Source: Paraspadella gotoi
Taxonomy: Eukaryota; Animalia; Chaetognatha
Direction of reading: 5' to 3'
Length of the DNA stretch: 64,000 bases
Assembly: GCA_051294375.1 (NCBI GenBank)
Contig: CM119266.1
Location: 1,431,554 to 1,495,553, forward strand
The translations under genes were made by a program, and so were the position numbers. The notes beneath the pieces are model-generated. The model saw only the letters and a program-made list of their open reading frames with translations, made no database searches and was not told where the DNA came from. This document shows positions 40,654 to 54,567 of the stretch, in pieces (the stretch's first letter is position 1; every line of letters begins with the position of its first letter).

Positions 40654-43424
40654 ATTTAGAGACAGACACAGCTTTTCCGGTTATTTTTTTCCCGGCAGTC
40701 TGAAGTCTTCTGTTTTTGGCTATCTTCTCTCTCTTCTATCTCTTCTGCTCTCTACTATCTTCTCCGTTCTTTATCTCTTCTGTCTTTTCTTCTAAAACCA
40801 CAATCCGCACTCCTTCCGGCTCGCGGGATTCTTCTACAAATTCTCTCGACGGCACAGTGCTTGTTCAGTAAATTCTGTTTCTGGGTGAGAAGTTTCGACG
40901 ATGATCTTTCGCGCTCTCTCTCTCTCTCTCTCTCTCTCACCCTCTCTCCCTCTCTCTCTCTCCCCTCCCTCCCTCCTCCCTCCCCCCTCTCTCGACTTCG
41001 TCGAAGGTCATTGATCTTCGATCTTTCCGGTCCAAAGGATCTTTTCGGTTTAGCGAAGGATCTTTTTTCTGCTCAGAGAAACTTCAACGGCGGTTACATT
41101 CCACGGAGCCGTCCTCACTCCGGCCCGCCTGCCATACCAACCCCCACCCCAGCAGCCTGATCCACCCTCTCCCGACTCGATCTCCGCCCCACCCTCTCGC
41201 CTTTTGGTATGTCTTCTGCTGGCGCCGAGAAGGAGAGAGAAGCTTTGTAGCTGAAGTGACTGTCTGTCTTTCCGTTTCTCCATAAATATAGTTAAATTTA
41301 GTTATAATGAGTAGTAAATAGATAAGAGAGATTGGGGAGATTAAATAGATTAAAGAGATTGGGAAGATTAAATAGATTAGAGAGATTGGGGAGATTAAAT
41401 AGATATAGAGAGATTGGGGAGATTAAATAGATTAGAGAGATTGGGGAGATTAAATAGAATAGAGAGATTGGGGAGATTAGAAAAGGGAGAAAATTTAGAA
41501 AAAAGAAAGAATAGAAAATAATAGAATAGAATAGAATAAATAGAATAGAATAGAATAGAATAGAATAGAATAGAGAGAAAAAGAGAACAAAGTCACCCAA
41601 ACAAAAAAAGTAAGTTAAGCCAAGATAAGTGATGACAGATCCCATCAAAGATGACAAAGCCTCCCCTTTATTTTTTAGCTAACGCTGACAAAGCTGTCTT
41701 GTCACGTGGTTGACTTTGTCGCTTCGAGGTTTTCGACATCGAATAAAGTTTTTTCTTGGAAGAAGTAAAATGTGCGGAGGCCGTCGTTTATTTTCACTCC
41801 AGTTTCCCGACCACCAAGTTTCACGAAGTTTCTAACAATTCTTTGCCGTGAATTTAATTATATTGACTCGAAATGCGAATATTTAACACAAATTTACGAA
41901 TATATACGACACCACCAACGAAATGGAACTCTAGACGGAAATGGTCAGACTCATGGTTTACCCTGATGATCTGAAAAAAAGACGACCAATCGCTTCGCAA
42001 GTCCGTCCATTGGTCAATTCCATCGATGATCATTTCGCTTATTCGACTTCCCTTTTTTTCTCTTGCCCCCCCCTCTTTCTTTCTCTCCCCCTTCCCCCTT
42101 TATACTCTCAATTACATCCCTCTTTCACCGCCCCCCTCTTTCTTTCTCTCCCCATTTCCCCTTTCTACTCTCAATTACATCCCTCTTTCCTCCCACGCCC
42201 TCACTCCCTTTCTCCACTCACCGGCCTCAGTGACTTTCACAAAAGGTCGACCCCGTTTCTTTTTCTCCTTTTGTTTTCTAAATTCCGCTTTGGGATCTGA
42301 AGAGAAAAAGGGAGATTGAAAGGAATGATTGTAGGCCCAACCAATAAGCTAATAAGCGATGAATTGATTGGTCAAAATGTAATTGATTGGTTGAACTCAG
42401 CAAAGGCCAAAAGGATACAAATTGAATCACACAGCTAAAGTGCTCGTCAAGCAGAAGATTAAAAATATCGGATTGTCTGCAAAACTAGAAAAATATATAA
42501 ATTTTGTGAAAATACTAAAAAATTAAATATTGAAAAGTTGACAGTGTAAAGTCCTGACGACGGTATGACTCGGTCGGTCAGCGGGGCCCGTCTGCTCTGC
42601 GTCGGCTGCGGAGAGAAGCTGCATGTAAACTAAAGATATTAACATCTATACTTAAAATATAAATAGTCATCATTTACATTTTCAACTGGATTGGAGCCAC
42701 TCAATGTTTTCGCCTTCTATTGCGTTTCATTGTGAATAATTGTGATTATTATTTTTGTCTGATATAGATGTTGCAGTTGTTCGCCGGCAAGATCAGCTGG
42801 AACATCTATATGCTTTGATTATTTTTATTAATTAATTTACCAATTAATATTAATAAGACGCCAAGTGGATAAGAAAACTATTTATAAACATTTCGGCGCC
42901 AGCGATCCCGATCTTCAGTACGATTACTCTCCCGACGTCTTCTCCCTCTCCGCTAGGTCGAGGAGGGGTTCTTTTCAGCTAGTAACTATGGAAATTGGTC
43001 AATATCAATATCAACCAGTATGATTTGAATTCAAACCAACACCAGAATTTGAATTCAATGTACATATGTCAAATTTCAGTCAGTTGAAATGAGGATTTCG
43101 AAAGACGGGGGTAAGTTCTCAATATTTAAAGAAGCACGAAAAGTAAGTGCTCAAAGGTAGGAAACGGGTATAAGCATCGGTCATGATGAGGAACAAAGAG
43201 CGAGACCCTGCTGGAGCGGCGAGACTCTGGTGGAGCGGTAAGACTCTACTGAAGAGGCCGACCCTGCTGGAGGAATCGCCGACTTAGGCGACTTGAAAGA
43301 CCCGAAGGGACTTGATTGTATTTGCAATGCAGATGCAAACAGGAGCAGAAGCGAGATGCAAGAAAACGCAATCGCGGACCGAAAAACAAATCAAGACGAG
43401 AGAGAGAGAGAGAAGAGAGAGAAG

Positions 43425-43480
<56 letters not shown>

Positions 43481-43516
43481 GGGAGAGAGGANNNNNNNNN
43501 NNNNNNNNNNNNNNNN

Positions 43517-43547
<31 letters not shown>

Positions 43548-43551
43548 GAAG

Positions 43552-43631
<80 letters not shown>

Positions 43632-44659
43632 GTGCCAAAGTGGGTATTTTCATCTTTGTTGTCTAATCTCTAAACGTGTAACAGCTGATCCTACGACATT
43701 GGAGAGAGAGAGAAAGGGTGCCAAAGTGGGTATTTTCATCTTTGTTGTCTAATCTCTAAACGTGTAACAGCTGATCCTACGACATTGATGTGATGTTTAA
43801 GTCGTTCCTGACGAGATTTTTGGTTTATTGATGTCGCTATTGAGATCCAAAATGTCGACATTTCTGATCGTCTTTGTTGACATCTTTGTTCCCCTTGTTT
43901 CCGTTGGCGTCATCAACGTTGTTTGCGTTTGAAAAAAAGCAAATGGAAGAAGAGACGTAATCTTTAGTTTGAATCGATTTTAATGGAAGAGAAATCATTC
44001 GGTTGGCATGGCAACCCGACACGTAGAAGACGTCTCTAATGTTTTTTATTCGTAGTATTTTTATTTATCTTTTAAGTAAATTTATTGTTACCATTTAAGT
44101 AATCATGGTATAATTAATTATATTTCTATTTCTAAGGCTGGGTTTAAATTACTATTGTTCTTTTGTATTTTTTTTTCTTAAGTAGCTTATACTCCATATC
44201 TATTATTTGTTATGCACTGACATTTTGTTTGTTATTGTATGAATGCCCTGACACGAATGAAATATTAAATAATGTTGAATATGAAATTTTAACAAGATTC
44301 CTCTCAGCGAGAGCATCACACTCCGCGCAAATGGTTCGTATAATCGTCCTTTTCCGAGCAGATGTTTCTTTGACGCAGACTTGAGACACAGATGGTTTTT
44401 ACGGACGTCGCACTTCAACGGATAGATCCCTCCGCTAATGGATCTTTCTTTCAAAACCTTACGCAGATTTCAATCAACTGTTCTAGGGAAGCGTTATCTC
44501 TCTCTCTCNNNNNNNNNNNNNNNNNNNNNNNNNNNNNNNNNNNNNNNNNNNNNNNNNNNNNNNNNNNNNNNNNNNNNNNNNNNNNNNNNNNNNNNNNNNN
44601 NNNNNNNNNNNNNNNNNNNNNNNNNNNNNNNNNNNNNNNNNNNNNNNNNNNNNNTTTTT

Positions 44660-44901
44660 TTTCCAAAGGCGGCAAAGCTTCCCCACCTCCGAGATCCCAA
44701 GAACCCACCAGAATGTTTGACGGATAAAAAAAGGTGGCGGCATTTGCCAGTGAGTGCCATTCGCCCGGGAGTGAGTGGCACGTGGGTGAAATGATGGGAG
44801 TGGCGTTGAAGATCGAAGACGACGTTGACTCCATCTCTATCGTCGTTTCGAGTGGGAAGAAAAAGCAATTACCCCCTTGTCAAAATGTTGACGCTTCCTT
44901 G

Positions 44902-44935
<34 letters not shown>

Positions 44936-45300
44936 ACGCTGTAATTTTTTACCTTTTTTTACTTTTTATCGACATTGTCATCGTCGTCGTCGTCGTCGTC
45001 GTCATTTATTTTCTATCTGTCCTTTTTTTTAAATCAATGCCCTACTTTTTAATACTTTTTATAGTGTTAATATTTTTCGGTAAATTAAAAGAAAAACACT
45101 TTTATTGCTCCTGACATTTTCATATTTTTGTCGTCGTCGATGTCATTTTCGTCTTCGCGATCGTCATCTCGGTCTTTTTCATTGTCGGCGTCATTGACCT
45201 CGTCGTCGATCGCATCTTCGTTGTCATCATCGTCATCTCTATCTTTGTCATTGTCAGTGTCAGTGACATCGTCAATGACATCCTCACTCCATATTTAATC
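44660..45300 (-). CDS. Putative Asp-rich coding region divergent from the 48015 gene (copy at ~20520-21165)
   Basis: The minus frame reads WSEDVIDDVTDTDNDKDRDDDDNEDAIDDEVNDADNEKDRDDDREDENDIDDDKNMKNVRSNK, with mixed codons rather than a pure triplet repeat. Start and exon structure are unresolved. Confidence 0.3.
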
Positions 45301-45391
45301 GACTCTTTTCTCTTTTTTTTTTTTTTGCATAATTGATTTTCTCCGTCGCGAGACTAAATTTTTTTTTCCCGCGAATCTCATGAGGGAATTA

Positions 45392-45487
<96 letters not shown>

Positions 45488-46026
45488 TTTGCTCCCGTAA
45501 AAATCGCAGATTGTGAATTGGAATGTCAACAAAACTTTTATTATTTATAGAGTGCAACGCAACTAATTAAAACAAAATTTATAAACTGAGACAGATATTT
45601 TGTTTAATGATAGACAAATCTCAAAATATCAACTTTGTACTGAAAGAGAAGATTCTATTATAAGTATACAGTTTTTGATATATCATAACAGAGACTCCTC
45701 CAGTGAAGAACGACTGAGAAACCAAAAATACAAAAAAGTTCTGTACGTAAAAGATTATATTAAGACATCAGGCCATAAGCTGGAAAGTTGAACAAGCTTT
45801 TTTTATACTTCATACTTAATCATATACAACTAACGCGAAAGTTTAAACTTAAAACGTTCGATTTCACGCTGGTATGGAAAACATTATAGAATTTTCTACA
45901 CTATTACTTACTTCCCAACTCTCTTATATACCGACTTTCTCTGCTAATCCGTCCCCAAACTGTCGCTAAGTCGCGCTGCATATTGTCAACAGTTCAAAAG
46001 ATCTCGCCGATTTATTTATCCGTAGG

Positions 46027-46064
<38 letters not shown>

Positions 46065-47904
46065 GACGAGAGAGAGAGAGACATAATAGTGACGCCTTTA
46101 CAAAATTCTTCGACTTTGCCTTTCAAATCTCTTTCCCTTTTTTTCTTCGAGATAAGACGTTATAACTTTTTTCCCTCTTTGATGAGTCTTTACCGAATCG
46201 AACCTTAATTTCTCGGCCACAGTAAAGACTGCGAAAAAGGAAAGATGTTGCCGGAAAGCGAATCAGTCACTTTGCATTGAAAACGAGAAATAAAATTATT
46301 GTGTTGACGACTCCGGATCGACAAGAGACTAACTTACCGACACTTTACATTACTTTACCGACACTTTACTTTACTTTACCGACACTTTACATTACTTTAC
46401 CGACATCGTCGTTGCCGACATCGCACACTCCACTTCCAAGACATCTCAAACATCTTTGCCAAATTTACGGCTATTTTTTTAAAATCATAATAGTCAATAT
46501 TTAATCCATGATATTTTCTTATTTTAAAACCGATTGATAATCCAATATAATAATCGAAAACAAAACAAGATATAAAAAAAAATTGTTTTCAATAGTCGAA
46601 CGAAAATAATTGTAAAGAAAATAAATTTATCAATATCATTTTAATTTTTTTTTTTGTTTGCGACTTATTTCTAACGCAGATTAAACTCTGTTCCTTATAA
46701 TCCGATCTCAGTTTCCTTAACTCAAACTCGATTTTCTTTTTCTTTTTTTTTTGTTCTTTTTTATTTCCTTATTTTTAACCTTACCTTAATTTTTTTCAGA
46801 GGTTATTTTTTGCGGCAAATTTCGCCGCAAAACTGTGTTCGTACTTGTAGCGTTCTCTCTCCGGGTTTTTGACCTTAAACATAATCATTGATATCAAATG
46901 AATTTATCAGTCAAAAGAGATTTCCCATTTTTAATCCATTATTATAACTATTTTTTTTATTTAATTACAGATTTATCTTGTTATCCACGTCACATTCTTT
47001 TTTGTTATTTTCAGTCCTAATCTGGTTCCCAACCCTTTTTTTTACTTTCCACACATTTTCTATTTACCTTCAACCAACGCTAGTATTTAAATCTTCTTTT
47101 TTTCTGTATTTCGCATAAACTGATTTGGATAAAAAAAAAAAACAACCCAAATTACCCGACTACACATTATTATTATTTTTTTTGGACGAAAAAGCAACTG
47201 GAACCAGTGATTTTTTCACACCTGTTAGTGTTACTACATATTTTTTCTACAGCTTTTCTGTCGTTGTTTATTTTTTTCTACATCTGTTACCAAATCGGCA
47301 TCATAATCGCAAGCAAATTCCTCGCCCCACTTAAAAAAAAATTCCGCTGAAATCGATTGGATGACATTGGAAATTCTTGCCGTCCAACCGATGGCTATTA
47401 GTTTTATTATGACTATATTGCCATTCCTTTGCTATTTTAAAATTAATATTATTGTTATTTTGTCAATTTTGTCCATTATTGTCCATGCGCCGATATCTCC
47501 CTACCGATTTTTAATGCGAATTTTAGTGATATTAGAATATTTGGGCCAGACGATTCGCGACGAATTTTTAGTTAAATCAGACAAACATTTAAGCCGAAAA
47601 TGTGAAATCGACGTTGACTAATATTTAATCATCCACAACCGAGCAATCAACGTCAAATTACCGGGAATTTTTTGGTTTTTTTTTATGACTTTTATTCGAA
47701 AAAAGAGCACATGTTGATTACACTTTGGTTGTGTCATTTTAACGGCCGGCCGGCCTCCGCTCGGATTCAGGGTCAACTAATGACATTAGTAATGTGTGAT
47801 CGATTTTGAATAAAATATCAACGGACATCGAAACTAAACCAACGAAATAAAACTGAATGAAAATAAATTCCGTTTAAATCGCAAAATATAATTTTTTTAA
47901 AAAG

Positions 47905-48014
47905 AAAACTGCGCGCGCTTCATAATTTCGCGAAATGACGTGATCCACCGGTTTTAATAATAAAAAAATAAGACAATCAAAATGATTTTGATTAAAAAAA
48001 TAAGTCAATAAAAA
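47905..48014 (+). promoter_or_regulatory. Candidate promoter motifs upstream of the ATG at 48015
   Basis: TGCGCGCGC, the perfect palindrome ATTTCGCGAAAT (47925-47936, E2F-like on both strands) and CRE-like TGACGTGA lie close together. All are retained in copy A (~24060-24095). Confidence 0.3.
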
Positions 48015-48605
48015 ATGGCTCGCTTCTACGACAGCAAAGAGGATGAGCACTTCGGAGAAAGTGACCCAGTGAATCTTGTCAGGATAGACGGAGAAAATCT
48101 TGGCAAGTGTCACGAAGAGAATCTTGATAAGGGCGAAAAAAAGAATGACAAAGTGAGTGACAGAGATAAAGACGGGGAATGCGAAAACGACAATGTCATT
48201 GAGATAGACAAAGACAATGTCAGCGAAAATGACAATGTCGACGAAGAAATTGACGGCGATCGAACCTCAGAGAGTCTCTCCGGCAGCGTCGGCGAAAGTT
48301 TCGAGGGCAGCGTCGGCGAGAGCTACGTCGGCAATGTCGCCGACGGAAGCGTGGGCGGAGGCGTGGGCGGAAGCGTGGGCGGAGGCGTGGAGGAAGCCAG
48401 AAGACGCCACAGCGACGAAGACAAGTGGATGGCGAAAATGAGGGAGAAGAGGCTGAGCGAATCTCGACCTTACGACTCTCCGAAGCATTTCTTTTCCACG
48501 ACGTCTTTGAATTCGATAGAGGTTAGACAATTATAATATTTGCATTAATTTAAATGGTTGTAGTAATATTTTTGTGAGAATATTAGTAAAAGCCTCTTAG
48601 CCCGC

Positions 48606-48702
<97 letters not shown>

Positions 48703-51700
48703 TCTGTCTCCACATTTTTTCACATCCTTTGATCGTGGTAATGAAATGAAATATTATTCATATCTGTAAATTTTACAGATAGTAAATTTCAAGTTTAAAA
48801 AACATATTCAGATTTTACATACCTTCTGTATTATAAATTTCTATCCTAGATATTCCTTTACTTAACCAGGAAACCGATATGGACACGGGTCGAACATCGA
48901 GACGTCTTTTGTTCAACGAAACTCGACTGGACGAAGCCCGCGGTTCTAACGTTTCGCTAGATTCCGTCAGATGTCGAAGCACGTCGGGAGATATTTTCGA
49001 AAGATGGACAAATGAACAGAGTCAGTTTAAGAGTTTTCGGGAAAGCTCGTCGTCGCTCTCTCGGATGACCAGGTGTAAAGGGAGGGAGAGAGGGAAAGAG
49101 GGAGGTAGGGAAGGATGGGGGAGAAATGCAAGAGACTTGTAACATAAAAGAAACGTAAACGATGTTACATATTGAAAAGAAATAAGAAAAGAAGAAAAAA
49201 GAAAAAAAGGTAAAGGCCAGTTAGTAAGTATATAGTATATAAAAAAAAATTTGTCATCAATATTTTAATAAATAAATCAATCATTCAATCAATCAATCAA
49301 TCAATCAATTTTTTTTCCGTACCGCAGCACCGACTTTACATCTCATCGAAGAAGCACCGTCTCCCTGACTTCTCCCCGCTCTCATCGCCGCAGCGACGCC
49401 GCTGACGCCGTCTTCAGCGATCGACGCCGCAGCGACAGCGTGTGGGCGCTGCGCCCGCACGACGCTCCGCCACTGGGGGCGTTGGAGTCGCGGATGAGGA
49501 AGTCGTTGACGAGACTCTCGACGCCCAGTTGGATGATTAATTCCAGGTTGGATTTTAATCATTCGATAGATTAATCAATTTATCATATTAATAAATCATT
49601 CAATCAATTAAAAGGAAAATCAATCCATCATTCAATCGTTTAAATCTATCAATCAATAGATCAAACAGTTTATTAATCCATGTCAAGCAGTTAGTCCATC
49701 GCTAAATCAATCGTCAAAATTAATCTACCAATGAATTAAATTAAATTGAAAAATATCAACCAATGAATGAATATATCAATCAATCATCAGTGTTTCAATC
49801 GATCTATCATTCAACCACTGATTTTATCAATCAATTAATAAGCCAATCAATCGACTTCCCCAGGTTTTTGACTGAGAATTCCGAAGTTTCGTCTCTCCTT
49901 TCTAATTCTAAAAAGTGGGAAAGAGAAAAGGAAATTCTGAGGGAATTCAATCTGAAGACCTCGCTGAAGAGAAGGGAAGAACAAAGATGGGAACAACAAA
50001 GGAGGGAAGAACAAAGGGGAGAAGAACAACGGCGCAAAGAACAAACACGTGTGGAACAACGAATAGAAAAACGTCGCGAAGAACAAAGACGCAAAGAACA
50101 AAAAAGGGAAGAACAAAAGAAAAAAAATCAAAAACAAGAACTACTTCACGAATATGAAGAAGAAGTTCGAGAAGATTTAGCAGAAAAAGAGCAACAACAA
50201 CAACAACAATTGGTAGGAAACGAACGAATACAGAAAGGACAAAAGCAAATATTAGAACAGGAAACGAATAAGGAGAATCAGAAGGAGCGAAAACAAACCC
50301 TGGAAAAAGCGAGAGGAGAACAAGAGACTGAAACATTAGGAAATTGCGGAGAAGAAGAAACGATCGATTCGGACGAACTTCTTCCCAACGAATTTCAACC
50401 TAAGAAAATCATCAACGAGCATTTTCATTCGCGCAAGAATCATTCGTCTCGAGCGGAGAATCCAACTCATCTTCACGAGCATCGGAATCCTCCAAGTCTG
50501 AAGATGCTTCAGCCGCAAGTGAAGCAACAATTGCAGCCACCGACGATTCCGAACGAGTCGCAACAGCTTCGCGATCATCATCATCATCATCATCATCATC
50601 GGAGTCGTCGGGCGAGCCATCATAGTTCCCAACATCAAAGTGGGCAGCAATCTCAAATGAGGCAGCGAGAGCAGAATGAGGCGAAAAAACCGCGAAGCCT
50701 TCAGCCGGTCGGACAAATGGATTTTAATTTCGACAATTATCGTAGAATTAAAAACGAGAATCGAGAGACGGAAACTTGGCGAGATTTTCATCAGGAGATG
50801 GAATTCGTTGACGAAACGACGAAAAAAAAACTTTCAGACGATTACCATCTACCGATAGAATCATTTGTAGATGATCATCTGAATGTCACTAATCTTTCCA
50901 GGCTAAACTCGTTCCCAGATGAAGAGGCGAAGATGGATTTTGCAGATGGCGCATCGGGAGAACGTATTTCAAAGATAGAAGTGAGTTCGTTTTCAGATGA
51001 TTTTGCGATGGAAAAAGCGAGGAATGATCGAGATGTCATTGAGAAGAACGAAAAAACAAAACTCTTGAATGAAGGGAGTTTGAACCATGAACTGACGCCG
51101 GGAACAAGACCGGACCCCATGAGACCGGACCCTATGAGACCGGACCAAATGAGACCCAAAGATATGCTAGAGATCGAACAAAGCTTTCGCCCGTCGGCCG
51201 GATTAAAAGTCCGACCGGCTTTGGAAATCTTAAGAGATGAACCTTTGCTTTTATCAAATCCGGGAACAGAATCTGAGTTCCAGGATTCACCTGAGAGTTT
51301 ATTCGATAAGCAAGACAAGCCACAGCTTGCTTCCGCTTTATCGGTCAACGAACAACGTTCGGCTAACGATTATTCTACCGCTCTGCATCTAAAATTGAAA
51401 GAATCAAAATTCGAGGCAACAAAACCTCTGGCAACGGAGATCTCGTCCAACGATCCTAAGATCGAGGAATTTTTCACGGAGAGCGCGATGGAAAAATCGA
51501 CTCATCATCATTCAGCGATGGAAATCCCGGTGGGAGATGAAACGTCAGTGATGGAAACCGAAATAGACGTTTTCACAAACGTTGAGGGAAAACTGGAAGT
51601 TTTAGTGGAAGTGAGAAACCCCATAGAGTTTTCCATCGAAGCTCCTTTGACCTTGGAACCCATGGTGCACACCATGATTTTCATGGGCGACGAAATGGGG

Positions 51701-52624
51701 GAGATGGAATTTTCCATCGATTCCGTTACTAAGAGGGAATTGGTGGTGACTGAGGTTTCGAAATGTGGGACGCCTTCGGTGAAACCTTTGGTGGAAACAG
51801 TGGAATTTCCAGCAAAGGAATTTCCGGTGCAAGTGTCTGATGAGATGGAAACTTTCATAGAGGAGATGGAACTTCCGATGAAAATTCCACAAAAGGAAGA
51901 GAAAGTGAGAAAGTCGTTGGTTTCAGAGATGGAAATCCAAGTGGAATCAGTTCCAATCTTTTCGATCTTAAAGGATTACGAATTTTCAAATAAAAAACTT
52001 TCATCCGATGAAACTTCAATGAATAAACCAGTGGAAGAAAAAACGATATTTCCTGATTATGAGATATCGAAAGAAACCTCGGCGAAGATGGAACCAGCGA
52101 TCAAAAAAATGAAATATCTGAGAGAAGAAATTGCCGAAGATCAGCGACTAGTGATAGAACCTGTGATAGAAGAAATGATATTCCCGCACGACGTCACCAA
52201 ATCTCTGGCGATTTCCTCCGATAGCCCGCCGACTATCGACTATCGACCTCGAGACTCCCGTCCGGCCGGCCAATCGGAAGCAGACGACGCCGGCCAATCG
52301 GATCTTCTCCGTCATCCGGCGCCGAATTATTCCGACGATTTTGAAGGCGCCGGGAGATCGGGGTTGCCGGGAATCGGTTCCGGCGGCGAGGTTGAAAATG
52401 TAAGAGAAAAAATGGATGAAGAAATTACGAATGCATCGAGGAAAGGAACTTCGAAAGCAGACGACAGAAGGAATTTGAGATTATCACGCGGAGATATGAG
52501 TTTATTTTTAAAAGAGATTCATCAGCAATCTTTGTCGGTGGACGCGAATCATGATTCGCTGGAGGAAACTGATTCTTCAGCGATGCCGCGACAACAGCAT
52601 GGGAGGCATTGCGCAGGTCAGTAA
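48015..52624 (+). CDS. Four-exon gene for a ~1229-aa low-complexity/disordered protein of unknown function (exons 48015-48521, 48870-49072, 49328-49546, 49864-52624)
   Basis: All junctions are GT-AG with matching phases (0, 2, 2) and no internal stop; exon lengths 507+203+219+2761 = 3690 nt. The protein has an acidic N-terminus, GGSV repeats, an E/Q/R coiled-coil-like tract, a poly-His run, PDPMR repeats and a Glu-rich C-terminal half. Confidence 0.7.
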
Positions 52625-52864
52625 ATGAGTCACTTGCAAAAAAAAATATTAGAAGAATGTTTTTTACATGTATTTGATATCGGTTTTCCTATTTAAATAA
52701 ATTAATTATTTTGTATCATTGTGGCAAACTTTGTACTTTAGTAACGAATTCATAGAATTCTTTTTATTCTTCAATCGGTGAAAAAAAATCATCAAATGCT
52801 AGGTTAAAACTTACTTAAGTTAGCATTAATATAAAATAGCACTTTCACTGCTATGAATTGTTTT

Positions 52865-54060
52865 TTATAGAGAGAAATAACACTCTACTTCAAAGGTATT
52901 ATAACTACACATAACAATTTCTCCTTCCAAATTTATATTGTCCATTGGGAATTTGTTAAAAGAATAATAATTATTGATCACGTTACGCAATTTCTCTTCG
53001 AAACTAGAAACTTGTTTTTCTTTGGACGAAATCGCTACCGAGATGAGATTTTCAAATCCGATCAAGTTTATCTCTTTCACCTTTTTGGCTTTTTTTCTCG
53101 CGAGCAAAGATCAATTTGGAATCTGAAAACAAATAATAAGAAAAATAAAGTGTTTTTTAAAAGAATCATTAAATAAATCTTTTTTTAAAAAAATATTTGT
53201 CACTTTTATTTATATTTATTTAAATATATTTTAAGATTTTGATTTTATCAAATCGTTGAAATAACTTGATAACATAAAACAAGAACGGTAATTCCAATTT
53301 GTTGCGCCGCAGTGACTTTATTTTCAAGTGTATTTTTTTTTTTATCACATGACATGACATGATATGACTAAAAAAATTTTTTGCTTTATAACATGCACTG
53401 CATCAAAATTCTATCTTTTATTCTTTATAGTTTTAAGAGTTACTGAATATGGCGCTAGCAGTCTCTTAGATTTGAGGTTTTTTCTGTCTTACCATATGAG
53501 CAACCAACTATAAGGAAATAAATCCAAATATATTCATTTTTAACGTAAATAAAACAGACCGACAGATTGACATACCGATCGACCGACAGACCGACCGAAA
53601 AGTGACTTATAGAGTTGCTCCGCGAGTACTCGCGGCGTAACTAAAAATTCCAAACAAACGAAGGTGTTTCCTACAATTTTTTTCTTTTTTTGAGAAAAAG
53701 ACAATTACCTTTAAAATGAAAGATCAAAGAAAATCTTAAGAAAGAATCAATAGTTGCAGCAGTAGATCGAAAATTCAAATTCATAACTGTTTACAATTTT
53801 GCATGATTGAAAAAAAAACTAAATAAAATACAAACTGTTGCCTAAATAAAAATGTAAACAGGATTTGCATAAAAAATTAACTTTTACCAAGAATTCCCCG
53901 GAGAAACACATATAGCTATTTATGACTCCAATTCAATTGTATTAAACTAAAATTTAACTATAACCATAAAATTAAATCCATTCATTGATTTTTTTTACCG
54001 GACCCAAAGTGTTTTCAAAAAAGGAAGGCTAACGGAAACAGATCAATCTATTGAACCAAT
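52865..54060 (-). CDS. Tentative multi-microexon gene convergent with the 48015 gene
   Basis: Phase-consistent GT-AG chain including exons 53709-53786 (78 nt), 53596-53670 (75 nt), 53493-53507 (15 nt), 53444-53464 (21 nt) and a terminal exon ~52865-53122. No homology recognised, and such chains can arise by chance in AT-rich DNA. Confidence 0.25.
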
Positions 54061-54567
54061 TGAATTGACTTATAAAACGCTACAAATCAATCCCGTGAGT
54101 CAAATTTATATTTCTGTCTTAGTCCGTTTTAATTCCGTTTTAATTCCTAGCGCAGTGTATTCTAACAAAATTTTGAAAACAATTTTTCTAACACTTTTAA
54201 ATAATTATATGTCAGGAAACCGTCAATTCGATTGTCTCCTTTTTATATAATGAGGACCCGGCAACAACGAGGACCACAATTGTCATAACGACGACTACAA
54301 NNNNNNNNNNATACAAACTGTTGCCTAAATAAAAATGTAAACAGGATTTGCATAAAAAATTAACTTTTACCAAGAATTCCCCGGAGAAACACATATAGCT
54401 ATTTATGACTCCAATTCAATTGTATTAAACTAAAATTTAACTATAACCATAAAATTAAATCCATTCATTGATTTTTTTTACCGGACCCAAAGTGTTTTCA
54501 AAAAAGGAAGGCTAACGGAAACAGATCAATCTATTGAACCAATTGAATTGACTTAAGAGAGAAGATG

